From the NCBI GenBank assembly GCA_002415485.1, contig DHYU01000080.1, positions 57,467-121,466 on the forward strand: a DNA stretch of 64,000 nucleotides, written 5' to 3'. Positions 9,772-19,000 of the stretch are shown here, piece after piece. Position 1 is the first letter of the stretch, and every line of letters starts with the position of its first letter. The position numbers and the translations under genes were made by a program. Under the pieces are notes generated by a model. That model saw only the letters and a program-made list of their open reading frames with translations, ran no database searches and had not been told where the DNA came from. This DNA is from Proteobacteria bacterium UBA5122 (GTDB lineage: Bacteria > Pseudomonadota > Gammaproteobacteria > Tenderiales > Tenderiaceae).

Positions 9772-10689
9772 ATGCACCCGATTGTGTCGGTGCGCGGTTT
9801 GCGCAAGGTGTACGGCGAGCGTGCCGTGGTGGATGGCGTTGATCTGCAGGTGCGGCCCGGCGAATGTTTTGGGCTGCTCGGGCCGAATGGTGCCGGTAAG
9901 ACCACGACGCTGCGCATGATGCTCGGCCTGACGCCGCCGACCGCCGGCGAGCTGGAGGTGTTGGGTTTTGCGGTGCCGGCGCAGGTGCAGAAGATGCATG
10001 AGCGACTCGGTATCGTGCCGCAGGCGGATAATCTCGATCCGGATTTTACGGTAACGGAGAATCTGCGTGTCTATGCCGGGTATTTCGGTATCAAAAAACG
10101 CGAGTTTCTGCAGCGTCTGCCCGCGTTGTTGGAGTTTGCTCAGTTGGAGCACAAGGCCGACGCGACGATCTCGTCGTTGTCGGGCGGCATGAAACGACGA
10201 CTGACGATTGCGCGCGCGCTGGTCAATGCCCCGGATCTGGTGGTGTTGGATGAGCCGACCACGGGGCTGGACCCTCAGGCGCGTCAGCTGATCTGGCGGC
10301 GCCTGCGTCTGTTGCTGGCGCGGGGGCGGACGCTGATCCTGACGACACATTATATGGAAGAGGCCGAACGGCTGTGTGACCGCGTGGCGATCATGGATGT
10401 GGGGCGCATCCTGGTGGTGGGCAGTCCGGCGGAGTTGATGCGTGATCACATCGAGCGTGAGGTGGTGGAGGTGTACGGTCCCGGTGTCGAAGATTGGGGG
10501 CGGGCGCATGCGGCAGGCAAGGCGGCGCGTACCGAGTTGGTCGGCGAGACCCTGTTTTGTTACGCCGAAGACGAGGCGCCATTAGTGGCATCGTTGCGTG
10601 AGCACCCTCAGCTGCGCTTTTTGCATCGCCGGGCCAATCTTGAGGATGTGTTTCTCAAGTTGACCGGCAAGGAATTGCGTGATGACTAG
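9772..10689 (+). CDS. ABC transporter ATP-binding protein (ABC-2/NodI-like)
   Basis: Walker A GPNGAGKTT, signature LSGGMKRRL, Walker B LVVLDEPT. Confidence 0.9.
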   Translation: MHPIVSVRGLRKVYGERAVVDGVDLQVRPGECFGLLGPNGAGKTTTLRMMLGLTPPTAGELEVLGFAVPAQVQKMHERLGIVPQADNLDPDFTVTENLRVYAGYFGIKKREFLQRLPALLEFAQLEHKADATISSLSGGMKRRLTIARALVNAPDLVVLDEPTTGLDPQARQLIWRRLRLLLARGRTLILTTHYMEEAERLCDRVAIMDVGRILVVGSPAELMRDHIEREVVEVYGPGVEDWGRAHAAGKAARTELVGETLFCYAEDEAPLVASLREHPQLRFLHRRANLEDVFLKLTGKELRDD

Positions 10690-11467
10690 TGGTTGCTGGC
10701 AATGGCCGCGGCCGAGTCAGCGGGCGCTGGCCGTGTGGCGGCGCAATGTGCTGGTGTGGCGCAAGCTGATGGCGCCGTCGTTGGTCGGCAATTTCGGCGA
10801 GCCCCTGCTCTATTTATTGGCGTTGGGCTACGGTCTGGGCGGATTTGTTGGCCAGGTGGACGGCATGGATTATGTGGTCTTTCTGGCGGCGGGTATTGTC
10901 TGTACCAGCGCGATGAACACGGCCTCCTATGAATGCCTCTATTCGGCGTACACACGGATGACGGTGCAGGAGACCTGGGCCGCGATGCTGTCGGCGCCCT
11001 TGAGTCTCGATGATATTGTCTGTGGCGAGATCCTGTGGGCGGGCACGAAGGCGTTGATCAATTCCAGCGCGGTATTGCTGGTGGCGACGGCGCTTGGCTT
11101 GGTGGCCGATTGGCAGGCCTTGTGGGTGCTACCATTGGCCCTGCTGTTGGGCTGTTGTTTTGGTGCCATGGCGCTGGTGGTGACAGCGATGTCGCCGGGG
11201 TATGACTTTTTCTTATATTATTTCACGCTGGTGGTGACGCCGATGTTCCTGCTCAGTGGGGTGTTTTTTCCGCTAACGGGCGTGCCGGACTGGGTGCAGA
11301 TGGGGGCTCAGCTGTTGCCCCTGGCGCATGGCGTGGAGCTCGTGCGACCGCTGATGACTGGGCAGGTGCTCGACGGCGCGCTGTTGCATCTATCGGTGTT
11401 GTTTGGGTATATGGTCTTGGCGAGCTGGGTGTCGTTGATTTTGGTGCGTCGCAGGCTGCTGCGCTGA
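10679..11467 (+). CDS. ABC-2 type transporter permease (NodJ/YadH-like)
   Basis: 262 aa with six predicted hydrophobic segments. It overlaps the ATPase gene stop. The start is GTG 10679 or ATG 10682. Confidence 0.85.
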   Translation: MMTSGCWQWPRPSQRALAVWRRNVLVWRKLMAPSLVGNFGEPLLYLLALGYGLGGFVGQVDGMDYVVFLAAGIVCTSAMNTASYECLYSAYTRMTVQETWAAMLSAPLSLDDIVCGEILWAGTKALINSSAVLLVATALGLVADWQALWVLPLALLLGCCFGAMALVVTAMSPGYDFFLYYFTLVVTPMFLLSGVFFPLTGVPDWVQMGAQLLPLAHGVELVRPLMTGQVLDGALLHLSVLFGYMVLASWVSLILVRRRLLR

Positions 11468-11566
11468 GACGCTAACAATAAAAGGCAATTAGGCCTTGTT
11501 TCGTGCAAAACCTTCGTGTAAGATTCGCCGTCTTTCTGAGCAGATCTACTGATTTAGGATTGATCG

Positions 11567-11995
11567 ATGAAAACGTTTAGTGCAAAACCGGCCGAAGTGA
11601 AGCGCGATTGGTTCGTCGTTGACGCCGACGGCAAAACTTTGGGTCGCCTGGCGACTGAAATCGCAAGACGCCTGCGTGGCAAACATAAGGCTGAGTATAC
11701 GCCTCACGTAGATACTGGCGATTATATTGTTGTGGTTAACGCGGAAAAGGTCGCGGTAACTGGCAACAAAGCTAAAGATAAGATGTATTACCGCCACACC
11801 GGTTACATCGGTAACATGAAATCTGCGAGCTTCGAAAAAATGATCGATCGCAAACCAGAGAAGGTTATCGAATTGGCCGTTAAAGGCATGCTGCCCAAGA
11901 ATCCTTTGGGCCGCGCTATGGCGAAGAAGATGAAGATCTATGCAGGTCCGGATCATCAGCACGCCGCGCAGCAGCCGAAGGCGCTGGAAATTTAA
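11567..11995 (+). CDS. rplM: 50S ribosomal protein L13
   Basis: [20 protein letters not shown]...YRHTGY.G: canonical L13 sequence. Confidence 0.97.
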   Translation: MKTFSAKPAEVKRDWFVVDADGKTLGRLATEIARRLRGKHKAEYTPHVDTGDYIVVVNAEKVAVTGNKAKDKMYYRHTGYIGNMKSASFEKMIDRKPEKVIELAVKGMLPKNPLGRAMAKKMKIYAGPDHQHAAQQPKALEI

Positions 11996-12017
11996 TTAAT
12001 TACGGGAATTGCTTAGC

Positions 12018-12410
12018 ATGGCAGAGATGAATCAATTGAGCACTGGCCGCCGCAAAACTGCAGCTGCACGTGTTTACATTAAAGCAGGCAGTGGTAACAT
12101 CACTGTTAACAAGCGTGGTCTGGATCAGTATTTTGGTCGTCAAACCTCTCGCATGATTGTGCGTCAACCGCTGGAAGCGGCTGATCTCCTCAGCAAGCTG
12201 GATGTGTTTGTCACTGTTAAAGGTGGCGGCTCAAACGGTCAAGCGGGTGCGATTCGTCACGGTCTGGCGCGTGCATTGGTTGAGTATGATGAAGGTTTGC
12301 GTAGTACCATGCGTCGTGCAGGCTTCCTGACTCGCGATGCCCGTGAGGTTGAGCGTAAGAAGATCGGTCTGCACAAGGCGCGTAAGCGTCCTCAGTTCTC
12401 GAAGCGTTAA
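12018..12410 (+). CDS. rpsI: 30S ribosomal protein S9
   Basis: [12 protein letters not shown]...[15 protein letters not shown]...[10 protein letters not shown]: canonical S9. The start was taken at ATG 12018. Confidence 0.95.
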   Translation: MAEMNQLSTGRRKTAAARVYIKAGSGNITVNKRGLDQYFGRQTSRMIVRQPLEAADLLSKLDVFVTVKGGGSNGQAGAIRHGLARALVEYDEGLRSTMRRAGFLTRDAREVERKKIGLHKARKRPQFSKR

Positions 12411-12435
12411 TTTCGCAGTCGAGATCGATATACAG

Positions 12436-12467
12436 AAAGCCAGGTGCGCAAGCCCCTGGCTTTTTTG
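12436..12467 (+). terminator. rho-independent terminator after rpsI
   Basis: AGCCAGG..(10-nt loop)..CCTGGCT followed by tttttt. Confidence 0.7.
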
Positions 12468-12678
12468 CTTTATGGGTCTGGGTTGGCGGAAAAAAGGTTT
12501 GTGGGTTGGGCTAAAGGGGTGTGTGTTGTATTTTTGTTACGCTTTTAAAGATTGACTCATAAGGTCAATTATATTTTTTTGATAAAAAGCATTGATTTTG
12601 TTTGTGGGGTGTTGTAGTTTTCTCTCGTGGTATGACTTTTTCACAACACATATACAATAACTCAGGAGAGTTTCTACT

Positions 12679-13845
12679 ATGCAGAAGAAATTGATCGCTC
12701 TGGCAGTGGCTGGTGTTATGGCTGCTCCTATGGTTGCTCAAGCAGCTGGTGCTGAAGTTTATGGTCAGGCTCGCATGTCTGTTGGCATTGTCAGCAACGA
12801 TGCGACTGGCACCTTTACTTCAGGCGGTGAGAGAGAAGACAGCAAGATCAGCGTTACTAGCCATGCTTCTCGTCTGGGCTTCAAGGGCTCAGAAGATCTG
12901 GGTGGTATGACTGCGGTATACCAAATCGAAGCTGCGGTTGATATGGATAACGGATCAGATTTGACTTCTGGCCTGCGTAATACATTTGTTGGCGTTGCAA
13001 CTGGTTCTGGTACTTACGTTTTGGGTAAGCACGACACCCCTTATAAAGCTGCTACTGGCAAAGTAGATGTATTCTCTGACACTCATGCGGATTTCAATGC
13101 AGTCATGGGTGGGTCAGAGGGTGCTCTGTCATTGGTAAGTGCTGATCATGACGCGCGTGCTGATAACGTAATTGCTTATATTTCTCCAGACATGAGTGGT
13201 TTTAGCGTATTTGCCGCCTATGTTCCTGATTTGTTGAACGATGATCTGACTGATAGCCAAACAAGCGCCAGTGGTGGCACTATGATTGATGCTGCTGAAG
13301 CCTTTAGTATTGCTGGTATGTATACCGCAGGTCCTCTGTACGCAGCACTGGCGATCCAGACTGTTGGTGCGGACGCCAGTAATGGTGGTGCTGTTGTACA
13401 GGTGGCTGATGATGAAGCAACCAAGATTGTAGTTGGTTATAAACTGGGTGCAACTGACCTTGGCTTTGTGTACGAAATGCTGGATGGTGGCACTATCGGC
13501 GGCGCCAAGCAAGGCGAGCGTGACAACTTCTACTTTAGCGTGGCGCATGACTTGGGCAACGGTTTGACACTGAAGGCTGCTCTGGGTCAGGCGGGTGAAA
13601 ATGATGAAACCAGCAATGTAGATGCAAATAACAACACTGTTAGAGGTACTGACGGCGCTGATTTCTTTGCGCTGGGCGTCTCCAAGGCCGTATCTAAGAC
13701 TACAGAGTTCTATGCTCTGTACACTACTGTTGATAACGATACCTATGGTGACTTTGACCTGGATTATGTGGGTGCCGCAGGTCCTAACGGTCCATCTGCA
13801 AATGCAATTGCCGCTGGTGTTAACATCAAATTCTCTTCAATGTAA
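12679..13845 (+). CDS. general (Gram-negative type) trimeric porin
   Basis: Signal peptide MQKKLIALAVAGVMAAPMVAQA, then AEVYGQARMSVG, RLGFKGSEDLG and FFALGVSKAVSKTTEFYALY. These are typical of the OmpC/Omp32-like porin family. Strongly biased codon use. Confidence 0.85.
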   Translation: MQKKLIALAVAGVMAAPMVAQAAGAEVYGQARMSVGIVSNDATGTFTSGGEREDSKISVTSHASRLGFKGSEDLGGMTAVYQIEAAVDMDNGSDLTSGLRNTFVGVATGSGTYVLGKHDTPYKAATGKVDVFSDTHADFNAVMGGSEGALSLVSADHDARADNVIAYISPDMSGFSVFAAYVPDLLNDDLTDSQTSASGGTMIDAAEAFSIAGMYTAGPLYAALAIQTVGADASNGGAVVQVADDEATKIVVGYKLGATDLGFVYEMLDGGTIGGAKQGERDNFYFSVAHDLGNGLTLKAALGQAGENDETSNVDANNNTVRGTDGADFFALGVSKAVSKTTEFYALYTTVDNDTYGDFDLDYVGAAGPNGPSANAIAAGVNIKFSSM

Positions 13846-13870
13846 TCAAACGATTGCATTTGATGTAGAT

Positions 13871-13904
13871 AAAAAACGGGCGCTTCGGCGCCCGTTTTTG
13901 TTTT
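13871..13904 (+). terminator. rho-independent terminator after the porin gene
   Basis: aaaaaACGGGCGCttcgGCGCCCGTtttt. Confidence 0.75.
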
Positions 13905-13940
13905 GGTGTGAGAATGAAAGATCAGATGCTAAGTTGGTGT

Positions 13941-13962
13941 TTTGTTTGACATTTGTTTGACA
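13941..13962 (+). promoter_or_regulatory. perfect tandem 11-nt direct repeat TTTGTTTGACA x2 upstream of the cytochrome cluster (two phased TTGACA -35-like hexamers)
   Basis: 13941-13951 and 13952-13962 are identical. TAGAAA lies 18 nt downstream of the second TTGACA. Confidence 0.35.
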
Positions 13963-14014
13963 CTAAATGCCGCCCTATGATAGAAACCCCAAAGGTTCGT
14001 ATAGAATAATCAGA

Positions 14015-14842
14015 ATGAATTTTAGAGTCGCTCGAAAATTCGCGCCGCTATTCGTGTGTTTGGGCGGGGGCCTGATGCTTGGCGCAGCTGTGGTGCAGGC
14101 AGGGGTCTTTAATACCAAGCACAATTTGGGCAGTACGGGGATTAATGCTGCCAGTACGTTTAGTGGTACGCGAGAAATTTGTGTGTTTTGTCATACGCCA
14201 CACGGCGGGGATGGCGAGGCGGCTGCGCCTCTATGGAATCGTAACCTTGATCCATCGGGTTTTGTCACATACGACCAGATGGGTACAACTACGCTGGATG
14301 CAGCAATTGAGCCGGTGGGATCGGTATCCCTAGCCTGTTTATCGTGTCACGATGGGACGCAGGCGATGGATGCGTTGTTGAATGAGCCGGGTTCGGGGCG
14401 TGAAGTGCCGGGTTTTAATCAGGGGCGCTGGGATGGTATTGCAGCTTATGCGGAGGGGCGCATTGGTCCACAGGGCTGGTTGACCAATCTAGGTAAGGAT
14501 ATTAGTAACGATCATCCGGTTGGTATTCAATACGCTGGCGGTGGTTATGCGCTGTCAGCGCCGGCCGGACCTGGATATGACCCAGATTTTTTTCCTGCGT
14601 CGTCAGAAGTGGCGGGTACCTCGCGTAACTGGTGGGTGGATACACCGGGGGGGACGGCTGCGTTTGAGCGTACTGATATGAAACTTTATACCCGAGTGGC
14701 AACTCGGGGGGCTTTTGCTGGTGAGCCGCAGCCGTATGTGGAGTGTGCGTCTTGCCATGATCCTCATGTAGACACAAATCCAACCTTTTTGCGCATTGAT
14801 CCGGCGGGGAGTCAGGTGTGCTTGAGTTGTCACAATAAATGA
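14015..14842 (+). CDS. tetrahaem c-type cytochrome (doubled-CXXCH type)
   Basis: Signal peptide ...GAAVVQA. Four CXXCH motifs: CVFCH(TPH), CLSCH(DG), CASCH(DPH), CLSCH(NK). Has the NTKHN...PLWNR pattern. It is a paralogue of the N-terminus of the 11-haem protein at 23478. The start was moved to ATG 14015. Confidence 0.85.
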   Translation: MNFRVARKFAPLFVCLGGGLMLGAAVVQAGVFNTKHNLGSTGINAASTFSGTREICVFCHTPHGGDGEAAAPLWNRNLDPSGFVTYDQMGTTTLDAAIEPVGSVSLACLSCHDGTQAMDALLNEPGSGREVPGFNQGRWDGIAAYAEGRIGPQGWLTNLGKDISNDHPVGIQYAGGGYALSAPAGPGYDPDFFPASSEVAGTSRNWWVDTPGGTAAFERTDMKLYTRVATRGAFAGEPQPYVECASCHDPHVDTNPTFLRIDPAGSQVCLSCHNK

Positions 14843-15792
14843 CCTGGTGGCGTGCTGTATTGGGGATGTGTTGTGCGCTGTTTGTGGCGGGGCAAGCGCT
14901 AGCTGCGGACCTGGATATCTATATGGTCGTCAATGGTGTGCCGATTGAGCGCGGCGAGGTTGAAATGGCTATTCGTATGGAGGCGCGTAGGCAGTTTTAT
15001 CATGGTCGTATCGATGATGCCCGGATGAGTCAATTGCGTCGCGATGTTGAGCAGAGAATGGCTGACCGTGTGCTGTTGCTGCAAGAGGCGCAAGGACGTG
15101 GTTTTCGGGTTGGGGAGGAGGAGTTGGCTCTACGTTTGCAGCAGGCGCTGGGCCAGTATAAATTGGCAGAGCTTGCTGATGAAGAGCGTCGATCATTGGT
15201 GCGAGCACTAGAGTCTCAGTTGGCTGACGAGATTTTATTGGAGCGATTAAAGGCAGAGGTGCAGGCGCTTGGGGCTCCAAGTGAGTCGCAGTTAACGGTT
15301 TTTTATCAAAATAATTTAGATAAATTTACAACGCCGGAGCGTTTGCATCTCTCGGTGATTTTATTGAAGGTGCCTCCATCTGCGTCTTGGCAGGCGTGGG
15401 AGGCGGCGCAGCTCGAAGGGGAGAGGCTGCGCCAAAAGGTGTTGCAGGGGGCTGATTTCGCGGGCTTGGCGAAAATCCATTCCAGTGACGACTCGGCAGC
15501 CCGAGGAGGGGATCTCGGCTACGTGCATCATGGAATGTTGTCGGAGGAGGCGCAGGCTGCGGTGGATGCATTACAGCCAGGAGAGTTGTCGCCAGTGGTG
15601 ATGTTGCTGCAAGGCGTGGCGCTGTTCAGGCTTGAAGGGCGCCGCGTCGCTGAGATAAACCCCATGTCGAAGGTTCTGGTGAGACTGGAGGGGTTGTGGC
15701 AGAGGGAAGAGGAACAGTTGCGCTGGGAGGCGCTGTTGTCGCATTTGCGCGCAGGGGCAGAAATAGTTGTTAACGATAAAATTACCCCTTAA
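14839..15792 (+). CDS. periplasmic parvulin-type peptidyl-prolyl isomerase (SurA/PpiD-like)
   Basis: Signal peptide MTWWRAVLGMCCALFVAGQALA, a helical chaperone-like N-terminal part, and a PpiC/parvulin domain (FAGLAKIHSSDDSAARGGDLGYVHHGML). ATGA overlap with the tetrahaem gene. Confidence 0.8.
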   Translation: MTWWRAVLGMCCALFVAGQALAADLDIYMVVNGVPIERGEVEMAIRMEARRQFYHGRIDDARMSQLRRDVEQRMADRVLLLQEAQGRGFRVGEEELALRLQQALGQYKLAELADEERRSLVRALESQLADEILLERLKAEVQALGAPSESQLTVFYQNNLDKFTTPERLHLSVILLKVPPSASWQAWEAAQLEGERLRQKVLQGADFAGLAKIHSSDDSAARGGDLGYVHHGMLSEEAQAAVDALQPGELSPVVMLLQGVALFRLEGRRVAEINPMSKVLVRLEGLWQREEEQLRWEALLSHLRAGAEIVVNDKITP

Positions 15793-15812
15793 GTCGTCTA
15801 GGGTGGGGCGAA

Positions 15813-17675
15813 GTGGCTAGTGTTCGACCAGGGCTGCTGCGTCGTGCGTCTGCTCGTGTTGGTCGGGGAGGGGTTGCGTTGTTTTGTGCGGTGTATAGCA
15901 CTGCCGGAGTGGCTTTGTCCCTGGGGCCGGTGGATACATCTGGTTATCTTGGCTACAACTACAGATCGCTTAGCCATACATCGTCAACGAGTGATAGCCA
16001 GCAATTGCTCGGGTCGTTGAGATTGGCGTCTTTTATTGGGGAGCCTTGGCTGGCCACTACACAGTTGTCGCTAAGTATTGCTCAGGACGCCAGTAGCTTG
16101 GAGGGGGATGGGGCAGCAACTGCCGAGACTGATACCAGTATTCTGACGGGTGATTGGTCGTTAGGTGTTTTACCTCAAAGCAAGACTCCGTTTAGCTTGA
16201 TTTATCAGATAACTGATAGTCGTGTAGATCAGTCGGGAAGTGAGCTGACGCCGTTAACGTATCTCGGTCAGGATTATGCGTCCTCGTATTTGGGGTTGCG
16301 CCAAAGTTTTTTGATGGACCATGGCGGGCGATTGCAGATGACGCTGGACGATCGCTCTTGGGAGTCAAATATTGGCTCTGATTATGATAGTCAGGTGCTT
16401 GGTATCGAGGCGAATTTGCGTTATCCGGAGCATCATTTATTGGCACGCTGGCGCGATGAGATGTCTGAGTACGTTGGTGCGTCCAGAGAGAACAGCAGTC
16501 AGATTATTGATTTAACACATAATTACCACCCTCTGCGTAGCGTGCGGCTGGACTCTAAGGCCAGTGTGTATGACTACGAGCGCAGCTTTATTGATCCACT
16601 TGCAACGGATTTGCGATTGTCGACGACTCAGGTGACGCAGGTTTCGAGCAACCTCTTCTGGCGACCGCCGATCGCGCCATATTCGGTAAATGCCGGGGTT
16701 CGGTTAATGTCGATGGCTGGTGATAGTGGTCAGGTCTCAGCCTTTGAGCAGCAGCAAATTGTATTGAATGGCGGTGCGTTTTATCGAGTTAATCAGCGCT
16801 TGCGATTGGATGCGGCAGTGGTGCAAACGCTGCAGGAGACTGAGGGTGTTGGTCAGAATGATCGATATATGCGTGGTGGTGCGCTTTATCAGTCTGAGCT
16901 TGTGCCGGTTTTTGGTGGGGCGGGATACCACTGGCATAGCAGCGGGCGGGTGGAGCGAATGGATGGCAATTTGCGTGATGTGATTGGTGCGACCGTTGAT
17001 TTAGGGCAAAATCTGAGCCAAGTTTGGTGGCTGGGTGAGCGAACGTCAACGACATCGGTGCGGATGAATTTGGGGCAGTTGTTTGGGCTGAGTGGTGAGA
17101 ATGGCGAGGTGTATGATGGCCTGGTCCAAATATTTGAGGATACATGGCGCCATGAAATGTCGGTCAATCATACGGCTAGCTTCGCCTTTAATCAGCGAGT
17201 GTGGCAGGGTGATAGTTATGCTCAGTTGTCGCTGTCTGATCTACGCACGGATTACGCAGGAGAGACCGGGGGAGAGGAGCAGGATGGTGACTTGGTAAAT
17301 CAAACGGTTACGCTGCAATTGACGCGGGATCAGGAGTTGGGGCGACGCAGCTCATTGGTGGGTGATGTGTCGGTGCAGCGAACCAGTATCAATGATCAGC
17401 AGGGTGCTACTGTGTATCCGGAAACAGAGACCACCACAATGACGGCAAGTGTTCGTTTTGAGCATCAGCAAATGTTTGGCGTGCCTCGCTTGCGCTTCAA
17501 TGCGGAATATATTCAGACGAGTACTTCGCTGGATGAGGCGGTTGATCGTGCGGATTTGATTGGATCATTGGCGTACGGTATTGGCATGCTTGAAACAAAT
17601 TTAGGGATGCGGTTGACGGAGGCTGACAGTCAGAATTATGATCTGGTATACTTCAAGGTTATGCGCCGCTTCTAA
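15813..17675 (+). CDS. large outer-membrane beta-barrel protein (620 aa), candidate porin of the cytochrome cluster
   Basis: GTG start. N-terminal Arg-rich/hydrophobic signal. Alternating hydrophobic/polar strand-like pattern throughout, many Y/W/G/D/N/S-rich turns, and a C-terminal ...VYFKVMRRF ending in Phe. No family recognised. Confidence 0.65.
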   Translation: MASVRPGLLRRASARVGRGGVALFCAVYSTAGVALSLGPVDTSGYLGYNYRSLSHTSSTSDSQQLLGSLRLASFIGEPWLATTQLSLSIAQDASSLEGDGAATAETDTSILTGDWSLGVLPQSKTPFSLIYQITDSRVDQSGSELTPLTYLGQDYASSYLGLRQSFLMDHGGRLQMTLDDRSWESNIGSDYDSQVLGIEANLRYPEHHLLARWRDEMSEYVGASRENSSQIIDLTHNYHPLRSVRLDSKASVYDYERSFIDPLATDLRLSTTQVTQVSSNLFWRPPIAPYSVNAGVRLMSMAGDSGQVSAFEQQQIVLNGGAFYRVNQRLRLDAAVVQTLQETEGVGQNDRYMRGGALYQSELVPVFGGAGYHWHSSGRVERMDGNLRDVIGATVDLGQNLSQVWWLGERTSTTSVRMNLGQLFGLSGENGEVYDGLVQIFEDTWRHEMSVNHTASFAFNQRVWQGDSYAQLSLSDLRTDYAGETGGEEQDGDLVNQTVTLQLTRDQELGRRSSLVGDVSVQRTSINDQQGATVYPETETTTMTASVRFEHQQMFGVPRLRFNAEYIQTSTSLDEAVDRADLIGSLAYGIGMLETNLGMRLTEADSQNYDLVYFKVMRRF

Positions 17676-17731
17676 TTGGGGGGTGGGGCAGACCAAAGAG
17701 TTTTTTAATAATAATGAGGAGAGTGTTCGCT

Positions 17732-18157
17732 ATGTCTCGTACGACCAAGCATAGTAAGTGGAGGTACATCCTGCTTGGGATTGCCACCTGGTTGGCAGCC
17801 TTTACCATGCCCCAGACTGCTCAAGCAGAATACGGGGACGTTGTGATTAATAACTACGCGGATGCGGCAGGCATTCGTCCAGTTGTGTTCCCGCATTGGT
17901 TCCATCGTATTCGTTTCCGTTGCAAGGTTTGTCACGCAGACTTGGGCTTTGCGTTTAAAGCGGGCGGCAACAAGATTGATATGGCTAAGATCATCGACGG
18001 CAAATTCTGTGGCGCGTGCCACAATGGTGAAGTTGCGTGGTCGGTTGAAAACTGCTCTATGTGTCACTCTGGTATTCCGGGCACTCCCACTCACTTCCAT
18101 GGCAGTACTGTACAGCGTTTGATTGCGCCTGCGTACAAGCCTGTTGAAGCCAAGTAA
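17732..18157 (+). CDS. trihaem c7/c3-type cytochrome
   Basis: GAGGAGA RBS 9 nt upstream of ATG 17732. Signal/anchor WRYILLGIATWLAAFTMPQTAQA. VVFPHWFH + CKVCH, CGACH(NG), CSMCH. Confidence 0.85.
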   Translation: MSRTTKHSKWRYILLGIATWLAAFTMPQTAQAEYGDVVINNYADAAGIRPVVFPHWFHRIRFRCKVCHADLGFAFKAGGNKIDMAKIIDGKFCGACHNGEVAWSVENCSMCHSGIPGTPTHFHGSTVQRLIAPAYKPVEAK

Positions 18158-18171
18158 GGGGGGCACAGATA

Positions 18172-18843
18172 ATGAATTTGCGTAATAAGAGTTTATTGCT
18201 GTCTTTTGCCTTTAGTATGGCTGTTTCAGCGCCTGCGATGGCAAATGAGCAAGTTTCAGCAGAGGGCGCTCAATCTGAAGTGATTCACTTGGCGCAGGTG
18301 TCTGGTGCGAACATCTTCAATCGTAATTTGAAAAAAGAAGAGCAGCGTAATGCTCCACCACCAGAAGATGGCATCCATGATACTGAGAATGAGGGCACCT
18401 TCGTTCTGCAGGCTCCTCTTGAGGCCTATCAAGGTCTGCCGCCGAGTGAGTATGGTAACTATGTCGATTGGGTAAAGGCGATTGATGAGAAGAAACTGAA
18501 CCCTCGCTGGGATCGTGTTAACTCTGCTGAAGAGCCCTTTGTAATGGATATGGATATCGTGCGTGAAGTTAAGGCATCTGTGCCTGATGTAGTGTTCCCG
18601 CATCGTCAGCATACAGAGTGGTTGGCGTGTTCTAACTGCCATCCAGCGATCTTTATTCCACAAAAGGGTGCTAACCAAATCAACATGTCAGGTATTCTGC
18701 TGGGTCAGCAATGTGGTGTGTGTCACGGTAAGGTATCTTTCCCGATCACAACCAAGTCTTGTGTGAAGTGTCACTCCAAGCCGAAGCCAGCTGATTGGCA
18801 GCCACCGTTGAGTGAATCAACACTAAAGAATCCATGGAGATAA
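18172..18843 (+). CDS. trihaem c7-type cytochrome with about 130-aa N-terminal extension
   Basis: Signal peptide ...AVSAPAMA. VVFPHRQHTEWLACSNCH, CGVCH(GKV), CVKCH. It is a paralogue of 20627-21220. Confidence 0.85.
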   Translation: MNLRNKSLLLSFAFSMAVSAPAMANEQVSAEGAQSEVIHLAQVSGANIFNRNLKKEEQRNAPPPEDGIHDTENEGTFVLQAPLEAYQGLPPSEYGNYVDWVKAIDEKKLNPRWDRVNSAEEPFVMDMDIVREVKASVPDVVFPHRQHTEWLACSNCHPAIFIPQKGANQINMSGILLGQQCGVCHGKVSFPITTKSCVKCHSKPKPADWQPPLSESTLKNPWR

Positions 18844-18844
18844 C

Positions 18845-18894
18845 CGTTATCAGACTCTGATAACGCCTGGACAGATGGCCGCCTACGGGCGGCC
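18845..18894 (+). terminator. two consecutive hairpins (terminator/attenuator-like) inside the cluster
   Basis: CGTTATCAGactCTGATAACG (18845-18865) and GGCCGCCtacgGGCGGCC (18877-18894), with a weak T tail. Confidence 0.45.
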
Positions 18895-19000
18895 TTCTAC
18901 GTGATAGGGAATTCAAAATTTATTGGCGTGGTTTTGTGTCCGGGGGGATGTTGAGCGGCGCCAGCTCTGGATCAGAGATTTAAAGCTTGGGAGAGGAAGA

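Noticed and set aside
9766-10509. 247-aa ORF antisense to the ABC ATPase gene.
   Set aside because: The sense strand has Walker A, signature and Walker B motifs. The antisense product is low-complexity Arg/His/Gln-rich.
12551-12569. Inverted repeat ATTGAC-N7-GTCAAT upstream of the porin gene, as a possible FNR/CRP-type site.
   Set aside because: Its spacing and half-sites do not fit TTGAT-N4-ATCAA (FNR) or TGTGA-N6-TCACA (CRP). It may just overlap a TTGACT -35-like hexamer. This is too weak to call.
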